Assembly (NCBI GenBank): GCA_964487615.1
Contig: CAZARM010000001.1
Span: 32,226 to 96,225 of the forward strand
DNA: 64,000 bases
Direction of reading: 5' to 3'
DNA from: an uncultured Candidatus Saccharibacteria bacterium
GTDB taxonomy: Bacteria; Patescibacteriota; Saccharimonadia; Saccharimonadales; CAZARM01
Under the pieces are notes generated by a model. The model did no database searches, was not told the DNA's origin, and saw only the letters and a list, made by a program, of their open reading frames with translations. This document shows, piece after piece, positions 49,643-59,124 of this stretch (within the stretch, counting starts at the first letter, position 1; each line of letters starts with the position of its first letter). Both the position numbers and the translations under genes were made by a program.

Positions 49643-50803
49643 CTAGAAGTTGGCGAGCCGGTTGCCCTTGCGCCAGGTCTTAAGGGCTTGTTTATATGGT
49701 TCAAAATTGCGGAAAATCGAGAGGTCAGCTCGACGACGCACCAGCCAACCTCGGTAGCCGCTAATCACGCCTTTTTGAGTCTGCAATACTGCCCAATTTG
49801 GCCCGATCGGAACTACATAGATTGGATGCCAAGCCCGGTAAGTTACTGGCTGCTTGCCGGCCTTTTCGCTTAGTAGATTGCGGGCCACGAACTTGGCATC
49901 ATGAAGCGCTGTTTGCGCCATGCCACTAAAAGGCGTAGCGGCGTTGTCACCCAACACGTATATATCCGTTTGTCCTTGAGCTAACATATACTGATCTACC
50001 TTGACCCGGCCACGTTCCAGCTCAAAGATATCCGGGTGCTCAGCATAAAAACTGACGGCTTTGCTGCCAGCCGTCCACACTATGAGATCAGCACTCAAAT
50101 CATCACCCTCCAGGCACAGTTTGCCTGGTTCGCAGCTATTAACTTTGGTATTTAACTTCAACTTAACACCCAGGTGACGTAAACGGGCTTCGGCCTTCGC
50201 CGAAGCCTTTTCGTGCAACATCGGCAACACCCGTGGAGCACCTTCGACAAGAGTAACTTCCACTTTTACAACCGGCTTGTCTTCACGCTCGGCGATTAAT
50301 TTGGCAAAGTTCTGAAGCTCTCCGGCTAACTCAACACCAGAAGCACCGGCACCGACAACGGCGACTGAAGCTTGCTTGTGATGAGCGCGGAATAGTCTGG
50401 CTAACTCATGGCGCAAGCGGATGGTGCTGGCAATGGTGTCCATGCTTTGGCTGTGCTCATCCATGCCTTTTAGGCCGAAATAATTCACCACGTTGCCCAT
50501 AGCTAGTACCAGCTTGTCGTAGCCATAAACTTCACCCATTTCACTGACCACCCGCTGTTTTAGGGGATCCAGGCCCACGACTTTGTCTAAGACGAGCTCG
50601 ACATTATGAGTATGCTTGAAGATATCGCTCAGTGGTATAACGACTTCAAGCGGCGAGTGCCCCGTGCCAGCCCGATATAACGCACCGTGGTATTCAAAAT
50701 TTGGCCCTTGGGAGATCAGTGTAATTTTAAAGCCTGGCTTGTTAGCCAGCTCTAATGCTGTTTTGACCCCGGCAAAACCGCCGCCCACCACGACAATCTT
50801 CAT
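49643..50803 (-). CDS. Type II NADH dehydrogenase-like FAD oxidoreductase
   Basis: GGGFAG, GAGASGVELAGE, WTAG, GD.A.....AQ.A. Confidence 0.88.
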   Translation of the reverse strand: MKIVVVGGGFAGVKTALELANKPGFKITLISQGPNFEYHGALYRAGTGHSPLEVVIPLSDIFKHTHNVELVLDKVVGLDPLKQRVVSEMGEVYGYDKLVLAMGNVVNYFGLKGMDEHSQSMDTIASTIRLRHELARLFRAHHKQASVAVVGAGASGVELAGELQNFAKLIAEREDKPVVKVEVTLVEGAPRVLPMLHEKASAKAEARLRHLGVKLKLNTKVNSCEPGKLCLEGDDLSADLIVWTAGSKAVSFYAEHPDIFELERGRVKVDQYMLAQGQTDIYVLGDNAATPFSGMAQTALHDAKFVARNLLSEKAGKQPVTYRAWHPIYVVPIGPNWAVLQTQKGVISGYRGWLVRRRADLSIFRNFEPYKQALKTWRKGNRLANF

Positions 50804-51861
50804 ACACTATCCTCATCGGTCGGTCGGTCAAGCAACAAGGGCTCAATACCTGCTCCTTGGTCAGCAATTTTGACAATGTCTTTGTCGATCCGTCCCAGTT
50901 CTTTTGATGCACTATTGTAGTGTCCTACCGTGGCGCCTAAACTAACACCGACTTTTTTGAAGTAGCCATCGTAATTAATCAGGTGCCGCGTTAACTGCTC
51001 GATGTTTTTGCGGATGACTTCGGTGTCTTTTTGGATTTCCAAACTGCGCAATTGCTGGACGATAATCTGCAGAGTTGCCGCTAATGTACTGGGTCCTACG
51101 ATGGTGACGTGCTTGTCGACAGCTGCATATTGCATAAGGTCACGTCCGTTAACACCGCCGGCACCAACTTTATTGGCCAGTAAGTCATAGAATATGGCCT
51201 CTGAAGGGATAAACATCAGGGCTTGTTCCAAGGTGCCCTTGCGTGGCTGTACATATTTGGATGTTTCGTCGATGCGCTTTTTGAGGTCTTCTTTGAATAA
51301 TTTCTCTAAAGACACTCGGGTGTCGCCCTTGGCTTCTACTAGTCGGTTGTAATTCTCCAAACTAAATTTGCTGTCAATCGGCAATACTCGGCCGTCAAGC
51401 TTGATCACGGCATCGACAATCAGTCCTTCAGCTAGTTTGTATTGAAGCTCGAATGAGCCCGGTGGTAATAGATTTTGCAAAATTTGCTCTAGGTAAAACT
51501 CGCCCAGGACACCACGCTGTTTAGGGTTGGCCAGTACGTTTTGCAACACTTTGAGTTCTCCTGCGATGTCGCCGACTTGCTGGTTGGTACGCTCTAGGTT
51601 GGTTAGTTTCTGGGTTACGTCCTTGATGATGGTGGCGCTTTCCTTAAACTGGCTAGCCATTTGCTGGTTAGATTTGTCCAAACGCTCAGTCAGATGGCTC
51701 TGTATACCATCTTTCAGCTGATGCACCGATTCAGTCAATGTAGTCAGGTCCTGTTTTAGCATCAGGGCACTGCCGGAATCATTGGTATTGCTGCTTTTGC
51801 GCAAAAACATGAATAACAAAACCGCATTTAGTACCGCCAAGATAATAACTGCAACAATCAT
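50800..51861 (-). CDS. rmuC: DNA recombination protein RmuC
   Basis: K.RG..GE..LE, DA.I......IDSKF, MFIPSEA, PSTL.A.L. Confidence 0.92.
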   Translation of the reverse strand: MIVAVIILAVLNAVLLFMFLRKSSNTNDSGSALMLKQDLTTLTESVHQLKDGIQSHLTERLDKSNQQMASQFKESATIIKDVTQKLTNLERTNQQVGDIAGELKVLQNVLANPKQRGVLGEFYLEQILQNLLPPGSFELQYKLAEGLIVDAVIKLDGRVLPIDSKFSLENYNRLVEAKGDTRVSLEKLFKEDLKKRIDETSKYVQPRKGTLEQALMFIPSEAIFYDLLANKVGAGGVNGRDLMQYAAVDKHVTIVGPSTLAATLQIIVQQLRSLEIQKDTEVIRKNIEQLTRHLINYDGYFKKVGVSLGATVGHYNSASKELGRIDKDIVKIADQGAGIEPLLLDRPTDEDSV

Positions 51862-51894
51862 TAGCTCTATTGTATCGAATCCAAGGAGAGAAGC

Positions 51895-52953
51895 CTACTC
51901 CTGACTGCCAGGACTGTAAGCCAAGAAGCAAGGAGCATTTGCGGGATCACCTTCAATAGTCGTCTGGCCGGCAGGGTCGCAGAGCGGCAAATTGGAGCAG
52001 TCGAGCGGTGTGTTTGTATCTTTTGGCAAGGCATTGCCAAAAAGGTCGTAAGCAATGATCCCTTCTACGTCGTCTTTCAAGCACGACGACGGCTGATAAT
52101 AGGCGCTGTACGTCAGTGCCTGTTCTTTGGTGGCCTGTGGATAGTCATGGTCACTATTACATGGGGTTTCTGCGCAGCTGATTACGGCTGACTCATTATG
52201 AATAAAGTGATGCGCAGCATTGATGCTCAGCCCGACCACGACCACACCCACCACCAGCAATATTGGCTGCAAGCTTAGGAAGCGGCGGCTCTTGCCAGAT
52301 TCGTGCAGTTCGGGGATTAGGTCACTCATGGCGATATAGAGCAAGAACCCGGCGCTCAAGCCAAGCAACACGCCGATGGGCAGATCTTTGGAGCTGCCAA
52401 GAGCAAATGTCAGTACTGCTGCTGCTGTGGTAGCCAGGGCGCTCAGAGCATTGACCAACAGCACCTTGCCGCGACTCATGCCTTTATGAAGTAACAAACC
52501 AAAATCACCAATCTCTTGAGGAATCTCATGTGCCGCCACGGCAATAGTAGTGACGATGCCAGTTGGTACGCTAACTAGAAAGGCCACTGCAATGGCCACG
52601 CCGTCCAGGGCATTATGAATTGTATCTCCAGCAATGATGAGCGCCGTGGTGGGATCCCCTTGCCCTTCGTGCTGATGATGGTGATGAAACCAGTGCAAAA
52701 ACCGCTCGGCAAAGAAAAAAATTATTATACCTAATAGTGTGGACATCAGTAATGTGTCGCTGCTAGCTTGTTCCAACCCATCTTTGAGCAAGTCCAAAAA
52801 GACTGCGGCTAACAACGCACCGGCCGCAAAGGGGGTGGCGTACTGGGCAAGTTTCCTAGCTACTTTCTCGCTGCCAAGCATCAGCACACCGCCAATCAGC
52901 GAAAATAACCCGCCCACCAACGAGAAAAAGATAATATGTCCGTAATTAGCCAT
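51895..52953 (-). CDS. ZIP family metal transporter with Cys-rich C-terminal tail
   Basis: His-rich loop HWFHHHHQH, GD.IHN..DG, HEIPQEIGDFG, D..PELH. Confidence 0.92.
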   Translation of the reverse strand: MANYGHIIFFSLVGGLFSLIGGVLMLGSEKVARKLAQYATPFAAGALLAAVFLDLLKDGLEQASSDTLLMSTLLGIIIFFFAERFLHWFHHHHQHEGQGDPTTALIIAGDTIHNALDGVAIAVAFLVSVPTGIVTTIAVAAHEIPQEIGDFGLLLHKGMSRGKVLLVNALSALATTAAAVLTFALGSSKDLPIGVLLGLSAGFLLYIAMSDLIPELHESGKSRRFLSLQPILLVVGVVVVGLSINAAHHFIHNESAVISCAETPCNSDHDYPQATKEQALTYSAYYQPSSCLKDDVEGIIAYDLFGNALPKDTNTPLDCSNLPLCDPAGQTTIEGDPANAPCFLAYSPGSQE

Positions 52954-53011
52954 TAAAACTCCTACTTACTCAACAGCATAAAGCTAATGAATCCCAAATT
53001 GCAAATCAATT

Positions 53012-53584
53012 CTAAGGCTCAGACCTAATGGGAAATACAGGGTGAAACTGTCGATTCAGGGTTTCTAAGCGCGCGTCAAATGCCTCTACGAGGTCAAAAC
53101 CCAGTGATTCTGCCTGTAAATTAGCGGAGACCAGCAGTAAACGAACAACGTCTTGTATCACAGGTACCCTTTTATCAATTGCTGCTTCGCGCGTTGAGGC
53201 ATGACTTAGATCATCCAGATTACCAGCCAACTTCTCAGTTGCCTCCCAGACAGCTGCTTGGCTTACTGGAGTTTCTCCTACTCTGTTCGCTAATCTAGTT
53301 GCTATTACTTCTTCTCTAGACGCAGGAACTAGATCGTTCGGACTTTGTTGTGTCCAACGTCCTAGTCGCAGTCCGTATCGCACTGTGTCAGGAGCAATAA
53401 ATTTCGGAACTTCCCAAGTGCTTGTAAAATCTCTATGAAACATGCCCTTAACGATGCTTGACAATACGCGATGAGCATTCAATTCGAAGCCGTCATCCTC
53501 ATGCTTCCAGCCACCCTCAATAACATCATAAACATATAGGTTACCGGCCATTTCATCAAGAGCATCAGCGGACATCAATATCAT
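53012..53584 (-). CDS. Hypothetical protein, possible degenerate MazG-like all-alpha fold
   Basis: C-terminal A..LGFDL.EAF..RL resembles the MazG/NTP-PPase final helix. Confidence 0.55.
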   Translation of the reverse strand: MILMSADALDEMAGNLYVYDVIEGGWKHEDDGFELNAHRVLSSIVKGMFHRDFTSTWEVPKFIAPDTVRYGLRLGRWTQQSPNDLVPASREEVIATRLANRVGETPVSQAAVWEATEKLAGNLDDLSHASTREAAIDKRVPVIQDVVRLLLVSANLQAESLGFDLVEAFDARLETLNRQFHPVFPIRSEP

Positions 53585-53634
53585 GAAGCTATCCTAGCCC
53601 ACCCCACCCGCAAAAGGCAAGCATAACCACCTGC

Positions 53635-53765
53635 TCTCCTCCCGCAATGCAGCCTCGGGGGAGAGAGCCAGACAAAATGTATTCCATTTTGCCCGAGCGT
53701 GAGGAGGGGGTGTCCCCCTCCTCAGTTTTAAAAAGACCCCGGTGCAAAATCCGCCCGGGGTCATC
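53635..53765. repeat. Cluster of GC-rich hairpins (REP-like / terminator)
   Basis: TGAGGAGGGGG-TGT-CCCCCTCCTCA, GACCCCGG..CCGGGGTC, CAAAATG..CATTTTG. Confidence 0.5.
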
Positions 53766-53802
53766 GGAAGCCTCACACTTCCACTTCAAGCATAAGCGTG
53801 TC

Positions 53803-54444
53803 TTAGGCCTTTTTCAAGACTCTTTTTTGCAGGTTGTTAAGGATGATGAGGCTGCAAACAGCGTAGGCAAAAAGCCCTATGGCAAAGCCGCCAATGACAT
53901 CCAATGGCGCATGAACACCCAAATATATCCGTGACAAAGCAACGGCAATAATTGAGGCCGGAACAGCCCATTTATATTTGGCCGGTGCGTAACATCCGAG
54001 TGTCAGTGCCAGGGCTGTAGCTAACGCAACATGGCCAGACGGAAAACCAGCTCCCCGCACCATAAAATCTCGATAACTGCTGTCCAGCAGCAGTTCTACT
54101 GGCCGTGGCCGACCTACCAGATCCTTAGCCACAATGGCTAACAAATACGCGAGTATGCCTGTTAGCAATAACCGTTGGGCTATACGGTAATGTTTCTTGA
54201 ACAAACAAAAGGCAGCTAGGATTAACAGCATGCTGAAACTACCCGCCTGAGTTATTAGCAGGAATATGGGAGTGAGAGCTTCCGGCCACCCATGAATGAA
54301 GTTGAATACATCTCTTTCCCAGCTTGCCACATGATTATCAGCAGCTAGGATTGCGCTAATCCCGAATAGCGTGATGGCAAAAACTATCTGATATTTTGGG
54401 TTTCCAAGCAGGCGAACTCTCTTAGTTTTACGCGGCATAATCAT
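53803..54444 (-). CDS. PAP2 family phosphatase
   Basis: K..V.R.RP, FPSGH, SRIYLGVH...DV..G; start placed after TATACT box. Confidence 0.92.
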   Translation of the reverse strand: MIMPRKTKRVRLLGNPKYQIVFAITLFGISAILAADNHVASWERDVFNFIHGWPEALTPIFLLITQAGSFSMLLILAAFCLFKKHYRIAQRLLLTGILAYLLAIVAKDLVGRPRPVELLLDSSYRDFMVRGAGFPSGHVALATALALTLGCYAPAKYKWAVPASIIAVALSRIYLGVHAPLDVIGGFAIGLFAYAVCSLIILNNLQKRVLKKA

Positions 54445-54477
54445 AACCAGTATACGCCAGGAAGATAGAACCCAGGA

Positions 54478-54666
54478 GGTAGAATGTAGGGAGTAGGAAA
54501 GCTTCGGCTTATTAGACATGTAACAACGACCTTCACCCCTCGTATGCTCTGCAGCCTTCTCATATACAGCACTCCATTATGAATTAATTATGCGATCGCA
54601 TAATTAATTCATGGCATGTCTAATATCGATGGTATGCCGTTCAACTTCTGGTCTTTGGATTCTACC
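54478..54666. other. Nested inverted-repeat structure containing a 34-bp perfect palindrome (candidate ncRNA)
   Basis: GGTAGAAT/ATTCTACC outer stem, TATTAGACATG/CATGTCTAATA inner stem, palindrome 54579-54612. Confidence 0.55.
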
Positions 54667-54688
54667 GTTAACTCTATTGGTTGTGTTT

Positions 54689-56518
54689 CTACTTTTGACG
54701 TTTGCGTTTGTTCGGGTCGAGCTCGCGCTTGCGCAAGCGCAGATTTTTGGGTGTGACTTCTAGTAGCTCGTCGTTTTCAATAAAGTCTAGGCACTGTTCT
54801 AGGCTGAAGATAACCGGGGGCGTTAGCTGGACCACACCATCACTGGAAGAACTGCGCATGTTTGTCAGGTGCTTTGCTTTGCAGACATTGATCTCCATAT
54901 CTTCTTGGCGTTTGTTCAAGCCCACGACTTGCCCAGCATAGACTTTTTCGGCCGGGCCGACAAAGGTGACACCCCGCTCCTCGGCAGTTTGCAGAGAGTA
55001 TGGGGTGGTTATGCCTGTTTCAAACGCGATCAGCACGCCATTACGCAGTTGTTGCAAGGACGCGCCCATCGGCTGATAACCGACCATGAGACTGTTCATG
55101 ATAATTGTTCCCTTGGTGTTGGTCATCATAATGTTTCGTAGTCCCAGTAGTCCACGAGTTGGTAGCTCATATACCAGCTTGGTGACGCCTTTAGGGCTGG
55201 CAAATTGTTCTTTGAGTGTAGCCCGGCGTTGACCCAACTCCATCTGTACAGTGCCTACATGTTCGGCAGGTACTTCAATGATTAGCTCCTCGACAGGCTC
55301 CTGGGTGATGCCATCTGTTTCTTTAGTCACAACTTGAGGACGTCCTACCTCAAACTCAAAGCCTTCGCGCCGGAGCGTTTCTATTAGCACACTCAAATGA
55401 AGCTCTCCGCGACCGGATACTAAGAAGCCAATGTTTTCCTCTTCTACCCGCAAACCAACATTGGTTTCCAGCTCTTTTTGCAACCGTTCGCCAATTTGGC
55501 GTGAAGTCGTAAACTCACCTTCCAATCCTTTAAACGGACTAGTGTTGGGCCCGACATAGATCTTCAGGGTTGGGGCTTCGACTTCCATGACAGGTAGAGC
55601 CTCAGGAGAGTTAACGTCGGCTAGTGTTTCACCAATCTGGGCATCAGCGATGCCAGTCAGCTGAACGATGTCGCCGGCTACACCCAAACCTACCTCAAAC
55701 TTACTGACACCATGGCTCATGAAGACGTTATCAACTTTGGCTTTGCCCAAGGTCCCGTCTTTTTTGCACAATGCGATCGGGTCACCAGCCTTAATGCTAC
55801 CTCGGGTAATCCGCCCAATGGCGTACTTACCCTTGAAGCTGTCCCAGGCTAGCGCCGTCACTAGCATCTGGAAGGGTTTGTCGCGCTCGATGGTAGGAGC
55901 CGGGATGTCTTTGATAATGGCGTCGAAGATTACGTCTAGATCGGCTTCAGCTTCGATATTACTAGGCGGCTGTAGCCATGCTTTGCCGGTACGTCCAACT
56001 GCGTAGTAGACCGGATAGTGCAGTTGATTTTCATGAACAGCTAATTCCAAGAACAAGTCAGCAACTTCGTTTTCCACTTCTTTGATTCGAGCGCCGGATT
56101 TATCGATTTTGTTAATAATGACGATTGGCTTAAGATCGTTGGCTAGAGCCTTGGTAAGTACAAACTTGGTCTGGGGCATGGGGCCTTCCTGAGCGTCGAT
56201 AATCAGTATGCAACCATCGGCCATGTTGAGTGTCCGCTCTACTTCGCCAGAAAAGTCGGCATGTCCAGGAGTGTCGATAATATTAATTCGGTAGTCACCG
56301 TGTTGCACGGCGGTAACTTTGGCAGTTATGGTAATGCCGCGTTCGCGCTCCTGGTCACCGCTGTCCATGATTAGATCCTGAGTCATTTCAGCCTGATTGT
56401 CCCTAAACGTCTGAGACTGTTTGAGCAGACCATCTACAAGAGTGGTCTTGCCATGATCAACATGAGCAATAATTGCAATGTTACGAATTTTGGATGGGTC
56501 TTGAGTGCGCTCGGCCAT
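54689..56518 (-). CDS. typA: Translational GTPase TypA/BipA
   Basis: IAHVDHGKTTLVD, DTPGHADF.GEVER, GRGELHL..LIE..RREG, TN.RS, EVTP...RLRK. Confidence 0.97.
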   Translation of the reverse strand: MAERTQDPSKIRNIAIIAHVDHGKTTLVDGLLKQSQTFRDNQAEMTQDLIMDSGDQERERGITITAKVTAVQHGDYRINIIDTPGHADFSGEVERTLNMADGCILIIDAQEGPMPQTKFVLTKALANDLKPIVIINKIDKSGARIKEVENEVADLFLELAVHENQLHYPVYYAVGRTGKAWLQPPSNIEAEADLDVIFDAIIKDIPAPTIERDKPFQMLVTALAWDSFKGKYAIGRITRGSIKAGDPIALCKKDGTLGKAKVDNVFMSHGVSKFEVGLGVAGDIVQLTGIADAQIGETLADVNSPEALPVMEVEAPTLKIYVGPNTSPFKGLEGEFTTSRQIGERLQKELETNVGLRVEEENIGFLVSGRGELHLSVLIETLRREGFEFEVGRPQVVTKETDGITQEPVEELIIEVPAEHVGTVQMELGQRRATLKEQFASPKGVTKLVYELPTRGLLGLRNIMMTNTKGTIIMNSLMVGYQPMGASLQQLRNGVLIAFETGITTPYSLQTAEERGVTFVGPAEKVYAGQVVGLNKRQEDMEINVCKAKHLTNMRSSSSDGVVQLTPPVIFSLEQCLDFIENDELLEVTPKNLRLRKRELDPNKRKRQK

Positions 56519-56617
56519 AAAAATTCAAAAGCGCCCTTTTATCATATAGGCGCTTCTTCCTATCTGTTGGATTATAACATAAGCGTGAATTTTCCACAAG
56601 AGCTAGAGAACCGTGGT

Positions 56618-56989
56618 TTAACGTGGACGCCTGGATCTCCATATTCGCATAGGCTTACGTGCTGCAATGCGTTGCAGTAGCCATGTATCCTCACCAAATG
56701 GTTCGTGATCTTTATCCGTCAAAACTTCGTAGAGCTTTGGTAAGTCTGGCTTGGGCACTATGCCACGAACCACCATACCTGCCCAGACTATGGTCTGTTT
56801 ACCCTCTAAGTAGCCAAACTTTATTCGATTGAATACCTCGCATTCTTGTATGTCGGGCATTCCTGTCTGAGTCACCAGTTGTTTGTGTACTACCTCAGCT
56901 TCCAACTTGGCCATCCACTCGTCCCAAGGAAGTGGTGTTTGGGCAGCCTCAATACCAGCTTCAAGAAGCTCACTTTGGTCGATGGCCAT
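56618..56989 (-). CDS. Hypothetical protein
   Basis: ORF with AAGGA-type SD before MAIDQ; fills the intergenic gap. Confidence 0.6.
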   Translation of the reverse strand: MAIDQSELLEAGIEAAQTPLPWDEWMAKLEAEVVHKQLVTQTGMPDIQECEVFNRIKFGYLEGKQTIVWAGMVVRGIVPKPDLPKLYEVLTDKDHEPFGEDTWLLQRIAARKPMRIWRSRRPR

Positions 56990-57075
56990 TTTTGTTTCCT
57001 TTCGTTTGTCTACATCTAGTATAGTCCTTATGTAAAGGGACTTATGCACAACTGCTGTTGGGCGCGAAGAACTAC

Positions 57076-58359
57076 TTATTCGTAGCGCAGAGCTTCAATA
57101 GCATCCAGACGAGCCGCTCGGCGGGCGGGCAAGGTGGCAGCAATAAAGGCGATCAGCATAATGAGCAAGATCACTGGGATAACCGAGCGGGCCGGGAAAG
57201 AAAACAGCTGCAACCCCTCGAAATCTTTGAACACGGTACGAGAAGCCACCTTGCTGCCGATGCGTCCAAGGATGTTAGCTGCCCCCAGGGCTATTATTGA
57301 GCCCCAGAAGCCGATCAGGATAGCCTCGAAACTAAACAGGGCAAAAATCTTACGCCGGCTCATACCCAGAGCCTTCATTAGCCCAATCTCCCGCGTTCGT
57401 TCCTGAACGGCCATCAGTAGCGTGTTGACAATCCCAAAAGTGGCGGCTGCTAAAGTGATGGCCGCAAAGATATTCAGAAACGTGATGATCCCGCCAATGA
57501 TGGTTTTGATAATTCCCAGTTGATCTTCTAGGGTTACAGCTCCGTATTTTTGGTCCTTCAATCTTTGCTTGAGCTGGTCTAGATCTGATTTGCTCATGCT
57601 AGCATCAAACTTGGCAAAGACATTGGGGTACTGCGCTTGGCGCAAGGGGCCCAAGCTAGCGGTAGTTTGAGCGTGGACAGATTTGATAAAAGCCAGATTG
57701 GCAGTGGTTTGATTGCCATTAACCAGCGCCTTTTCCTGGACACCAACAATCGTGGCGTCACGAGTAAACGGCCGGCCAATGCCATCAGTGAAGCCGACCG
57801 TCAGTTTCTTTCCCAAGGCAGCTTTGGAGTCAGCAAAACCTAAGGGGCCAACAAATTCTGGCGGCAAGGTCACCTCAAACTCGGAGCCGTTTTGATTTAC
57901 CATGCGACCAACGCGCATTGGCTGGATGAGGCCATCTACTGTCTGGGTCACGATAGCTATGTACTTTTTGCCACTGGCAGTTATGTAATCGGCTGAGGTG
58001 GGGTACAAGGGCAGGACGCTTTTGATTCCGGGCGTGGCGGCGATCTTGTCGACGTCGCGTTGCACTAACAACCCCTGTGTGATGCCCAGTGCGGAGCTGC
58101 TGACCCGTTCTGGGTCATACTCCTTGACATCGCTACCAAAGGGATTGCCGCTGCCGGTGTCCAGAGAAATGAACAACACATCTTTGGCACCTACACTACC
58201 GACTTGTTCTTCAACGTAAGTTTTGAGACCCGCGCCCACCCCAGTAGTCAGCATTAGTGTTAGGGTGCCTATAAACACCGCTGAGATAGTCAGGAAGGTA
58301 CGCAACTTGCTTTTGCGCAAGTTAGTATTGGCGGTGCGGATGATGTCGAAGTATCTCAT
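57076..58359 (-). CDS. MacB/FtsX-type ABC transporter permease
   Basis: K.RT.LT...V.IG, GI.NT....V.ERTREIG..KALG, PARRAA.LD.IEALRYE. Confidence 0.92.
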   Translation of the reverse strand: MRYFDIIRTANTNLRKSKLRTFLTISAVFIGTLTLMLTTGVGAGLKTYVEEQVGSVGAKDVLFISLDTGSGNPFGSDVKEYDPERVSSSALGITQGLLVQRDVDKIAATPGIKSVLPLYPTSADYITASGKKYIAIVTQTVDGLIQPMRVGRMVNQNGSEFEVTLPPEFVGPLGFADSKAALGKKLTVGFTDGIGRPFTRDATIVGVQEKALVNGNQTTANLAFIKSVHAQTTASLGPLRQAQYPNVFAKFDASMSKSDLDQLKQRLKDQKYGAVTLEDQLGIIKTIIGGIITFLNIFAAITLAAATFGIVNTLLMAVQERTREIGLMKALGMSRRKIFALFSFEAILIGFWGSIIALGAANILGRIGSKVASRTVFKDFEGLQLFSFPARSVIPVILLIMLIAFIAATLPARRAARLDAIEALRYE

Positions 58360-59045
58360 ATGACCCCTTCCTGCATGATCCGGCCGTCCTTCAGGTAAAT
58401 CCGCCGCTGGCAACGTTTGGCCAGGTCAGCGTCGTGGGTGACAAAAATTATAGTGATGCCGTCTTTGTTGTTCAGGCTGAACAACAAATCTTCAATTTTT
58501 CTCCCAGTAGCAGAGTCTAGGTTTCCGGTTGGCTCATCTGCAAAGATAACTTTGGGGTTATTGATCAGCGCTCGGGCTATACAGACCCGTTGTTTCTGGC
58601 CACCGGAGAGGTCATTGGCCCTGCTGCCGGCCTTGTCTTCCAGCTCAACGTCCTTTAGTACGGCCAAGCCACGCCGCTTTCGCTCGCGCGACGAAACCCC
58701 GGCGATTTTGAGAGGTAAAATAACGTTGTTCAGCACCGTGTCATTACCGTTTAAAAAGAACTGCTGGAACACAAAGCCGAAGTCTCGGTTGCGGATACTG
58801 TCGGTGTCACGACGTTTTAGCCTAGTGGTCACCCGGTTACTTATAGCTATGCTGCCGCTGGTTGGCGTATCCAGCAGGGCCAGCAGGTGCATTAGTGTGG
58901 ACTTGCCAGAGCCACTTTTGCCAATGACGGCAATCACTTCACCTTCATTGATAGTTATATCCACACCTTTTAGGGCAGTGAATGCTGCGCTACCTTTGCC
59001 GTAGGTTTTCACCAAGTCTTTAACTGCCAGTAGAGTTTTAGGCAC
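58356..59045 (-). CDS. LolD/MacB-type ABC ATP-binding protein
   Basis: GKSGSGKST, LSGGQKQRV.IARAL, ADEPTGNLDS, VTHD. Confidence 0.94.
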   Translation of the reverse strand: MPKTLLAVKDLVKTYGKGSAAFTALKGVDITINEGEVIAVIGKSGSGKSTLMHLLALLDTPTSGSIAISNRVTTRLKRRDTDSIRNRDFGFVFQQFFLNGNDTVLNNVILPLKIAGVSSRERKRRGLAVLKDVELEDKAGSRANDLSGGQKQRVCIARALINNPKVIFADEPTGNLDSATGRKIEDLLFSLNNKDGITIIFVTHDADLAKRCQRRIYLKDGRIMQEGVI

Positions 59046-59124
59046 GCATTATTCCTTCGTTCATTGTCCCAATGTAGCATAAGCGCTGGTCAGCCACCAG
59101 CTGGCAACCGGTATACTAGAGTGT

